Source: Candidatus Thalassarchaeaceae archaeon (GTDB lineage Archaea; Thermoplasmatota; Poseidoniia; Poseidoniales; Thalassarchaeaceae). From it: a DNA stretch of 15,854 nucleotides. Position numbers and translations under genes: made by a program. Under the pieces are notes generated by a model. That model made no database searches and was not told where the DNA came from. It saw only the letters and a list, made by a program, of their open reading frames with translations. Of the stretch, positions 1 to 7,725 are shown in pieces. The stretch covers positions 1 through 15,854 of the forward strand of contig JASLKH010000093.1 of NCBI GenBank assembly GCA_030747675.1, written 5' to 3'. Every line of letters begins with the position of its first letter. Position 1 is the first letter of the stretch.

Positions 1-296
1 TAGAGATTTCGTTCTTTACCTGGAGAGTTTCTAGAGTTCGTGATGTATTCCACAGCCAAGTGGCAGAAATGCAAAATCCAATTCTCTATTCATTTACAAG
101 GGACCAAGGCAGAATGGATCTCAAACCCATTTGTCGATTAAAGGAGCATATCAGCAAAAAATCTGACGGAGAAGTGGATGATGTAAAGCAATTCGGCTTT
201 GATGATATGCTACGCACACCTTCAGCATTGCGCGAAGGAGAATCAGCCTTACCCCCTCAACGGCCTGAATTCTCAGGTTCTGATGATAGTGCTTGA
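1..296 (+). CDS. 3' end of a gene entering from the left edge (hypothetical; weak resemblance to the C-terminus of RAD55/KaiC-like ATPases)
   Basis: Frame 3 is open from nt 3 to TGA 294-296 (EISFFTWRVSRVRDVFHSQVAEMQNPILYSFTRDQGRMDLKP...). The GTG start at 60 in the ORF track is therefore probably internal. The family resemblance is by eye only. Confidence 0.6.
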   Translation, partial: EISFFTWRVSRVRDVFHSQVAEMQNPILYSFTRDQGRMDLKPICRLKEHISKKSDGEVDDVKQFGFDDMLRTPSALREGESALPPQRPEFSGSDDSA

Positions 297-2716
297 TTCA
301 GCGAAGTCATCCGAATTCCGAGGAAGAATGCCGAACCAATCAGGACAAGGGACAAAATAAGTCCAATTAACATACCAATTAAGCTTGATTCTGAACTAGA
401 TTCAATTGATACTTCTCCATCCCACAATGGAATTGAACTTTGGTCATATACAGGTCGTATGTAGATTAAATTACCACTGAAACTTGAGTCATAATCCTCA
501 CTCGGTACAGCTGGGTCCAAATCGGTGTATCCATCAGGTCGTTGATCAAATTGGATGTATACTGGCTCAGAAATATCTAACTTGAGTAGAACGTCTACAG
601 TATATGGTACACGGGGCTCCATAAATTCAGAACCGCTTAGAAGTTCAGTGAATAGTGTAATTGCAGTTCCAGTGACATCGAATTCGCACCATTTCCCCCA
701 GTGTTCTTCATCGACATCCAATACTATGTACAGAGTATCTCCTGTACGCGTCCCTTGCCCAGCAGCATCATCTGAACCATCTTCTCCCAAGTCAATATTT
801 GGCCTTATTTGTGCAATTTGAGCATTGTTAGTATCCCATTCTAGGGAAGTGAATGCGACTTCAATTTGCGTTGTTCCGTTTGGTATCCATACATAATGGC
901 GGTCATCTGTTGCATATGTTCCAAAACTACTCGTAGGGCCATTATTGAAGTGGCTCCATTCACCTTTCCATGAATGCCTCAATTGATCTGTTTCGAGGGG
1001 GATTTCACGAATGTCAAGCATGTCCATGTAGAATTCATTCGCATCCCAAACTGTAACCTCAGGGTTGTCGATAAATCCATCATCATTTGAATCGCGCAAT
1101 AATTGGAGAGTTCGTGCTAATGCTACAGCATGATCGACATGAACTAATCCGTGTCCCACACGCCAATCATGACACCGGTTAGTCTGTGTTGAAGTGTAAC
1201 ATTGATCTGGTATATCTGAACAACTATCATCATCATTACCTGCTTCACATTGATTTTTCAATATTTCATATTGGGCGGTTAATTCTAGAATCAACTCTAC
1301 TTCATGGACTCGCGATTCATTAGCACTGAACCAATTTGGGTCTTGAACACCCTGAGGCGCTTCACCAGTAACTAGTGAGACTCCTTCATCATGATCTTCG
1401 TATTGATATGTTGCAGCGCCTAATGATGGTGCTACATTAATCAAAACAGTGGCAATACCGCCGATGTGAGGTGTAGCCATACTAGTGCCACTAATGGCCA
1501 TGTAATACAGATCTTGATCCGTAGGTCGCTGGCTCAAATCGATTGCCGTTGCCCTAGGGGCGGTAGCCCAGATGTCTCTTCCTGGTGCTCCGATATCAGG
1601 CCATGTATGTTGTTGACTCATCCATCCACGGGATGAAAAAGAGGTTACTGCACCACCATCGTGAGTTAATGCTGCTACTGAAATTGAAGCTGGTGTATTT
1701 GCGTAAACATTCGTCCGTAAATCGGCATCACCTTCTGCACCGCTACCTCCGGAATTTGATGCCGCAAAAATAACTGCAACTCCATTGTCATAAGTAAGTC
1801 GGTTCGTCAACTGAGCGATGACATTAGACGGGTTGTAATCCCCATCAGTGCCCCATGAGTTAGATACTACACGAATGTTGTAATCATTTAATCCAGGTCG
1901 GGAGTTTTCATATGTCCATTCAAGCCCCTGCTCTGCTGCAAAGATACTTGCTCCATCTCCAGTTCCTAGTGCAACAATCTGCGCACCTTTGGCTGTGCCA
2001 AGGCGTCTCCCTGCGCTTGCATCACCATTCCCCGCAATTGTCCCACCAACATGTGTTCCGTGACCAGAGGATGTATCAGAATTGCAATTTGGTGCATCAA
2101 CCCAAGCAATACCAGACCATTTTGCAGACCAGATAAGCTTCTCACCAGACCAAGGCTCTCCACAGTCAAAATCGGGGTGTTCACCATCAATTCCTGTATC
2201 CAAATCAACAGCTGTAGTTCCATCTCCATCCCATTCTTCAAATGATAAATCATCGAATATAACATTACCATCTCTATCAATTATCGCTCTATGCCACGAT
2301 AATGAAGAGTTCACAACATGTACAGTCTCATGCATCATGGCAGAGGGATTTGTTGGATCACCAGGAAGATAAAAATGCTCTAATTGCCTATTCAATTCAA
2401 TGAAAAATATGTCACTCATTTCAGATAAAAGGCGAACTTGGTCAGGTGTACCTTTGAATAACCCCCCATGGAGAACATCCATTTCACCCAAAATTTCAAG
2501 CCCAATTTCATTAATTCGGTCCCTTTTGGATTCATCCATTGGTGTAGTGAATTGGGCTATTACTTCTAATGACGAGTTCGTGCCAAGAATCTGGATTAAT
2601 TCAGAATCCATTTTCTCATAATTACCAGACGGATTAATGTCATTAATCAGGCCGGCCGAAGAATTGGATGAAACGAAAAGGGCGAGAATTAGTATTGCCA
2701 ATTGCCCGCGTCGCAT
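257..2716 (-). CDS. S8 (subtilisin-family) serine peptidase, secreted, with C-terminal membrane anchor
   Basis: Catalytic motifs DLDTGIDGEHPDF, GHGTHVGGTIAG and ISGTSMATPH, plus oxyanion-hole AASNSG. The preferred start is ATG 2716 (MRRGQLAILILALF..., a signal peptide, with GGCGATG upstream); it avoids overlap with hesB. The C-terminal hydrophobic helix is LIGMLIGLILSLVLIGSAFFLGI. Confidence 0.95.
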   Translation of the reverse strand: MRRGQLAILILALFVSSNSSAGLINDINPSGNYEKMDSELIQILGTNSSLEVIAQFTTPMDESKRDRINEIGLEILGEMDVLHGGLFKGTPDQVRLLSEMSDIFFIELNRQLEHFYLPGDPTNPSAMMHETVHVVNSSLSWHRAIIDRDGNVIFDDLSFEEWDGDGTTAVDLDTGIDGEHPDFDCGEPWSGEKLIWSAKWSGIAWVDAPNCNSDTSSGHGTHVGGTIAGNGDASAGRRLGTAKGAQIVALGTGDGASIFAAEQGLEWTYENSRPGLNDYNIRVVSNSWGTDGDYNPSNVIAQLTNRLTYDNGVAVIFAASNSGGSGAEGDADLRTNVYANTPASISVAALTHDGGAVTSFSSRGWMSQQHTWPDIGAPGRDIWATAPRATAIDLSQRPTDQDLYYMAISGTSMATPHIGGIATVLINVAPSLGAATYQYEDHDEGVSLVTGEAPQGVQDPNWFSANESRVHEVELILELTAQYEILKNQCEAGNDDDSCSDIPDQCYTSTQTNRCHDWRVGHGLVHVDHAVALARTLQLLRDSNDDGFIDNPEVTVWDANEFYMDMLDIREIPLETDQLRHSWKGEWSHFNNGPTSSFGTYATDDRHYVWIPNGTTQIEVAFTSLEWDTNNAQIAQIRPNIDLGEDGSDDAAGQGTRTGDTLYIVLDVDEEHWGKWCEFDVTGTAITLFTELLSGSEFMEPRVPYTVDVLLKLDISEPVYIQFDQRPDGYTDLDPAVPSEDYDSSFSGNLIYIRPVYDQSSIPLWDGEVSIESSSESSLIGMLIGLILSLVLIGSAFFLGIRMTSLNQALSSEPENSGR

Positions 2717-2766
2717 GACATCGCCAACCAATTTCTGATTTAGAGAGTTCGTAGGATTGAGTGGTT

Positions 2767-3156
2767 TCAACGGAATGATTTCCCACAACCACAGGACTTT
2801 TCTGCGTTTGGATTAACCACCTTGAACCCACCACCCATTAGGCTATTCACAAAGTCTAATGTAATTCCCGACAACTTGACGCTATCTGAATCGTGAACGG
2901 CAATAGTAATGTTCTCACATGTAATAAATTGCCAACCATCTTCAGTAGGGCGGTTTTGAATTTGAAGATCATACATGAAACCTGAACAGCCACCTCCAAG
3001 GACACTGACAACCAATACATCATCGGCACCACTGTTGGACATGGCACCTTGCATCGCTTCCATAGCCGAATCAGTAACATCAATGGTTACAGGGACTATA
3101 TCAGCACCTTCCGCAACAGGTAGAACGAACGTCGAACCACAATCCTCATCGGACAT
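2767..3156 (-). CDS. HesB/IscA/ErpA-family A-type iron-sulfur cluster carrier
   Basis: GGGCSGFMY motif, LDFVNSLMGGGFKVVNPNA and terminal CGCGKSF give the three conserved A-type carrier cysteines. Confidence 0.95.
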   Translation of the reverse strand: MSDEDCGSTFVLPVAEGADIVPVTIDVTDSAMEAMQGAMSNSGADDVLVVSVLGGGCSGFMYDLQIQNRPTEDGWQFITCENITIAVHDSDSVKLSGITLDFVNSLMGGGFKVVNPNAEKSCGCGKSFR

Positions 3157-3181
3157 GATATCCGGTCATGCTGAACTGATT

Positions 3182-5446
3182 TCAACCCTTGTGAGGCGCG
3201 ATGCTAACTTCGACCCATTTTGAAGTCGGTGTGTTGCTACCAACGGCTACAGATTCCAGTGGGACGAGTACATTGGCTTCTGGGAAGTATGCAGCTAAAT
3301 TTCCTTTTGGTATATCGTAAGGAACTACTTTCCATTTTTCAGATGAAATTGTTCGTCCCTCAAAGTGACTAGTGATGTCGATTTCATCCGTTTTTGTTAG
3401 ATTGTTAGCCACCATGTCCTCTGGGTTCATCATTACAATTCGTCTTGCATTGTAAATTCCTCTATATCTATCATCAGTTCCATAAATGGTAGTATTGTAT
3501 TGATCATGACTTCGTAAAGTCATCAAAATAAAGTGGGATTCAGGAATTTCACGTTGAAGCAATTCATGCGTGAAAAACATCGCTTTCCCAGATGGTGTGT
3601 TCCAAGTGGGGCCATCGCGGGGCCCATTTGGTAGGTAAAAACCACCACTCTCTCGGACACGGGCATTATAATTATCAAAACCTGGAATTATTGATTCAAT
3701 TAAATCGCGAATGTTGTCGTAGTTTGAGCCATATTTCGTCCAATCAAACGGAACTGATCCAAAACAAGCAGACCCTATTTCTGTGACGATTTTTGGTTCA
3801 CTTAGTAGGTAATCTGAAGCAGGTTTCAGATTACCAGTTGATGAATGAACAACACCCATTGAATTTTCGACACTAACGAATCCCAATGGATCTTGCTCTG
3901 TGCGACCGAGACAAGGCAATATCAATGCGGATTCTCCTGTAACCAAATGACTCCGATTCAATTTAGTCGAAATTTGAACTGTTAAATCGATTTTCCGCAT
4001 AGCATTTGCAACCTCTTCAGTATCGGACATTGCAGACAAAATATTCCCGCCTAGTGCCATGAATAACCTCACTTTATTATCGCGTGCTGCCTGCACAAAT
4101 TTTACACTATCAAAGCCTGATTCTTTTGGCATTTTGATACCAGTTTCCCTTTCACAATCTACTAAGAATTTTTCAGAAGGATGGTGATTAATACCAACAG
4201 TTCGGTCACCTTGTACATTTGAATGGCCCCTTACTGGACAAGCACCTGCTCCCATTTTACCAAAATGGCCACCTGCTAAGAGTAAATTGCAGGCTTCCTG
4301 TATGATTGCTACAGAGTTAGTATGCTGTGTAATCCCCATTGCCCAGCATATAATCAATCGCTGGGACTTTGATACTGCTTTTCCGAGTTCCAATATGCGC
4401 TCTTTGCTAATTCCTGATTGATGGACAATATCATTCCAACTTGAAATTTCTACTTGATTTTTCCAATTCTCAAACCCATCTGTGTGTTCTTCTATGAAAT
4501 TGAGATCAATGTTTCCAGCATTGATTACGACTTTTGCAATACCTCGCAGTAGTGCTTGATCGCCACCTACTTTCACTGGATAATGTGCATCTGCTATCGG
4601 AGTTCCTTTACCCAAAAGTCTGATTATTTCCTGTGGGTGTTTGAATCGATTTAAACCTGTTTCCATCAGTGGGTTAATACTGATTACAGAACCACCTGCA
4701 CGCTTGGTACCAGCAAGAGCAGATAACATCCGTGGGTGATTGGTACCTGGATTTTGACCTACCACTAAAACCAAATCTGCTTCAGAAAAACACTCTAATT
4801 TCACAGTCCCTTTTCCAATCCCGATAGATGCGCCTAGTCCAACACCACTTGATTCATGACACATATTGCTGCAATCTGGTAAATTATTGGTCCCAATTTG
4901 CCTCGCCAGTGTCCCCCACAGAAAGGCTGCCTCATTCGAAGCACGACCGGAAGTATACAACACGGCCTGGTCAGGATTTTCCAATTTGGAAATTGAATTC
5001 TGTATAGTGGTAAATGCATCATCCCATGAAATGGTCTCATAGTAATCTGAGCCATTACGTAGGATAACAGGGTGCGTAATTCTCCCCATTTTATCTAATT
5101 CCATATCCGACATGCGAGATAATTCTTGGACAGAGAACTTGGCTAAATCTGATGGTTTTACTCGTTTCTTCGTTGCTTCGGTAACAAATGCCTTCGCTCC
5201 ATTTTCGCAGAACTCGAACCCCGATCGATGGTCATCTGGATCTGGCCAAGCACAGCCGGGGCAATCGAATCCGTCAAATCGATTCACAGAACGCATTGTC
5301 CTGATTGTTTGAGCCAAACCAGCTTCCGCTATTCCAATTGAAAATGATTTTTGAACGCCAGTCAAACCTGCTGCTGTTTTCTTCGGTTTACGAACTTTGA
5401 TTTTTTCTGATGTGATAGGAGGTTGGGCATTAACTCCTTCTCGCAT
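3182..5446 (-). CDS. FdhF/YdeP-family molybdopterin (bis-PGD) oxidoreductase
   Basis: N-terminal FDCPGCAWPD...EFCENGAKA, YTSGRASNEAAF, NLPDCSNMCHES, GQNPGTNHPRML, WAMGITQH, VRGHSNVQGDRT and C-terminal TLRSHDQYNTTIYG. No twin-arginine leader. Confidence 0.95.
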   Translation of the reverse strand: MREGVNAQPPITSEKIKVRKPKKTAAGLTGVQKSFSIGIAEAGLAQTIRTMRSVNRFDGFDCPGCAWPDPDDHRSGFEFCENGAKAFVTEATKKRVKPSDLAKFSVQELSRMSDMELDKMGRITHPVILRNGSDYYETISWDDAFTTIQNSISKLENPDQAVLYTSGRASNEAAFLWGTLARQIGTNNLPDCSNMCHESSGVGLGASIGIGKGTVKLECFSEADLVLVVGQNPGTNHPRMLSALAGTKRAGGSVISINPLMETGLNRFKHPQEIIRLLGKGTPIADAHYPVKVGGDQALLRGIAKVVINAGNIDLNFIEEHTDGFENWKNQVEISSWNDIVHQSGISKERILELGKAVSKSQRLIICWAMGITQHTNSVAIIQEACNLLLAGGHFGKMGAGACPVRGHSNVQGDRTVGINHHPSEKFLVDCERETGIKMPKESGFDSVKFVQAARDNKVRLFMALGGNILSAMSDTEEVANAMRKIDLTVQISTKLNRSHLVTGESALILPCLGRTEQDPLGFVSVENSMGVVHSSTGNLKPASDYLLSEPKIVTEIGSACFGSVPFDWTKYGSNYDNIRDLIESIIPGFDNYNARVRESGGFYLPNGPRDGPTWNTPSGKAMFFTHELLQREIPESHFILMTLRSHDQYNTTIYGTDDRYRGIYNARRIVMMNPEDMVANNLTKTDEIDITSHFEGRTISSEKWKVVPYDIPKGNLAAYFPEANVLVPLESVAVGSNTPTSKWVEVSIAPHKG

Positions 5447-5470
5447 GATACGGCACTTCCAGTTTAGATT

Positions 5471-6265
5471 CTAATCCTTGAGGCGAAATGCACCTGAATA
5501 TACATTGAATCTGTGCTCTTTAGCAAACCCAATCAGTGTCAATCCGTGTTGTCGTGCAAGTTCGACAGCGAGACTTGTTGGGGCACCAAGTGCAACTAAT
5601 ATTGGACTACCTGCCATAATTGCTTTTTGAACCATTTCAAATGACACGCGGCCCGATAACATTAACCCTTCATTTGAAAGAGGGAGTGCGCCATCGATTA
5701 ATGCCTGCCCAACTAACTTATCCATTGCATTATGTCGACCCACATCTTCGGCAATGGCAGAAATTTCACCTGTGACTGAGAAGCGAGCCACCGCATGAAC
5801 GCCCCCAGTTTCATCAAAATCACATTGAGCTTTTTCCAATGCTTCACCTAATCCTTCAATAATAAATGAAGAAAATTTTGGACCGGTGGGGGAGAGTATA
5901 GGGGGCTCTGCAGAAAGGACCGCCTCAATTGAATCGCGCCCACAAATTCCACACGATGAGGTCCGATTAAAGAAACGACGGTGTTCTGAAATTTTCCCCG
6001 AAAAAGTGGTTGATGGCGACACATTGACAAAACCATTTTCATACAATATCTCCTTGATGTCACTAAGGTCTTGGATAAGTCCTTCTGACAACATCAGCCC
6101 ATATGTCAATGGAATTTCATCACCTGGTGTTCGCATTGTGATGGCAAATTTTTCTTTATCAATTCGGATTTCCAATGGCTCCTCAATAGCCACAGGCTCC
6201 GATATTGGTCGTCGAATGGCATCTGTAAATCGCTGTGCAGACAATTCAGCAATTCGTTCTGCCAT
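5471..6265 (-). CDS. fdhD: Formate dehydrogenase accessory sulfurtransferase FdhD
   Basis: EEPLEI, TMRTPGDE, SSCGICG, TGGVHA, EDVGRHNAMDKLVG, SGRVSFEMVQKA and GAPTSLAVELA motifs. The preferred start is ATG 6265 (MAERIAELS), which avoids overlap with the divergent gene. Confidence 0.95.
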   Translation of the reverse strand: MAERIAELSAQRFTDAIRRPISEPVAIEEPLEIRIDKEKFAITMRTPGDEIPLTYGLMLSEGLIQDLSDIKEILYENGFVNVSPSTTFSGKISEHRRFFNRTSSCGICGRDSIEAVLSAEPPILSPTGPKFSSFIIEGLGEALEKAQCDFDETGGVHAVARFSVTGEISAIAEDVGRHNAMDKLVGQALIDGALPLSNEGLMLSGRVSFEMVQKAIMAGSPILVALGAPTSLAVELARQHGLTLIGFAKEHRFNVYSGAFRLKD

Positions 6266-6354
6266 ATGTGCCGCAATAGTTGAACATACATTGCACTGTC
6301 GATATACAATCCATAAATCGTGCAATTCAAGAAGGATGTGTCAATCGGCAAGTT

Positions 6355-7725
6355 GTGGATACTTTACCCCAAGGGTTGGCTCAGCGGCTAATTGATAGTG
6401 GTCTTGAACCTAAAGATGCGCAAGTAATCATAGAATTATCAAATCTCATGCCTCTGAAAGCAAGTGAAATTGGTAACAGGATCGGAATAAGCAGGATGGA
6501 TGCATATACAACACTAAAAAGGCTCCAAAATAGGGGTTTAGTTCATGCAACAGTGGAAAAACCAATGCGATTTACAGGGAAACCAATTTCTGAAATCTTT
6601 GAGTTGCTCATTCTTCAACAAACCGAAGAATTACTATTGCTAAAGGAGCATTTGGAAGACATTGGATCTGGAAAAAATATAGCATATATTTCAGGGAAGA
6701 AGGAAATTGAAGCGAAAGAACCTTCCTTCACAGTTGTTAAGGGGCGTCAAAATATACATGCCACTATTTCTCAAATTTCTTCAGATGCCGAGTCGGAAAT
6801 ATGGTTGTTACTTGGCCGCTGGGGAATTTTACATTTAACTCGCAGTGGGTCATTAGAAATGATTAATCAAGCAGCAGAACGGGGTGTTGCGGTTAGAGTA
6901 ATTGCTGTTGTTACTCAACGTACTTTGAAATATTTCTCAGAACTAAATTCTCTAATCGAAATTAGGCACTCTGAAAAAATGGATATTCAAGGAGTAATTG
7001 TGGATGATGATGTTGCTGTGCAATCGATAACAATAGATGCTAATCCCGTTGGCAGAGGTCGTGATGATTCGGCATTAATTGTGGAAGCACCTGATTTTAT
7101 TTCAGCACAAAAAGATCTAGTTCGAAATAATTGGGCTACAGCAATAAATTTCCAAGCAGTTACTACAAGAATTGAAAATGGCAAGATTGTAGAACCCTTG
7201 CATGTATCCCTTGGAAGTGGTTCTTTTTACCAGCGCTTAAAGCAATTCCTAGCCACTCCACTCACTGGAAAAAATCCATCTAGTATCGGATGGACAAATG
7301 CCATATTGAGGACTGGGGATGATTTAGTATCCTCTGCAAAAAAACCCTCTACTTTTGAGGCTCTTGGAGTAGATACTAACGAATTATTGAGGTCAATTGG
7401 ACGCAGGATAGGTGAAGAAATAGTACTTGAAGTCGAGTCAACAAAATCCGAGGATTTTTGGTCTGAATTAACAAATCATTGGAGGGATTTGGGAATGGGT
7501 GAATTAATTGTTGTAGGTGAACCTGTCGAATATGTCCGCGTCGAAAATTCAGGTTCCTGCGGCGGAGCCCCAAATACAGGAGGGATATTCTGCCATCTCG
7601 ATGAAGGTATTCTTGAAGGGATTATACAATCTAAATTTGGACTTGAAGTGACTGCTGTTGAACGAGAGTGCACAGCAACAGGGGAAAATCACTGCCATTT
7701 TGACATCATTATGGGAGTTCAATAA
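6355..7725 (+). CDS. TrmB-family transcriptional regulator: N-terminal winged HTH, TrmB-type effector domain, C-terminal V4R domain
   Basis: GLEPKDAQVIIEL...ASEIGNRIGISRMDAYTTLKRLQNRGLV...KPMRF (TrmB HTH). VVKGRQNIHATI...AESEI...AAERGVAVRVI...GVIVDDD (TrmB effector-domain-like). LRSIGRRIGEE...CHLDEGILEG...ERECTATGENHCHFDI (V4R). The start is uncertain: in-frame GTG at 6355 is preferred over the longest-ORF start at 6280. Confidence 0.85.
   Translation: MDTLPQGLAQRLIDSGLEPKDAQVIIELSNLMPLKASEIGNRIGISRMDAYTTLKRLQNRGLVHATVEKPMRFTGKPISEIFELLILQQTEELLLLKEHLEDIGSGKNIAYISGKKEIEAKEPSFTVVKGRQNIHATISQISSDAESEIWLLLGRWGILHLTRSGSLEMINQAAERGVAVRVIAVVTQRTLKYFSELNSLIEIRHSEKMDIQGVIVDDDVAVQSITIDANPVGRGRDDSALIVEAPDFISAQKDLVRNNWATAINFQAVTTRIENGKIVEPLHVSLGSGSFYQRLKQFLATPLTGKNPSSIGWTNAILRTGDDLVSSAKKPSTFEALGVDTNELLRSIGRRIGEEIVLEVESTKSEDFWSELTNHWRDLGMGELIVVGEPVEYVRVENSGSCGGAPNTGGIFCHLDEGILEGIIQSKFGLEVTAVERECTATGENHCHFDIIMGVQ

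Noticed and set aside
2717-2788. Longest-ORF 5' extensions (S8 to 2788, fdhD to 6325, trmB to 6280, TPR to 10239, PqqD to 12763, hypothetical to 14272)
   Set aside because: Most create overlaps with neighbouring genes. Downstream starts fit better with RBS, signal-peptide or domain boundaries.
3182-5446. Calling the enzyme a bona fide or selenocysteine formate dehydrogenase (fdhF/fdhA)
   Set aside because: There is no in-frame TGA and the ligand is Cys. The motifs are YdeP-type and no partner subunits are present, so no gene symbol was assigned.
5886-6395. 169-aa + strand ORF
   Set aside because: Antisense shadow of fdhD with S/I/R-biased composition and no motif; it would also overlap the regulator start.
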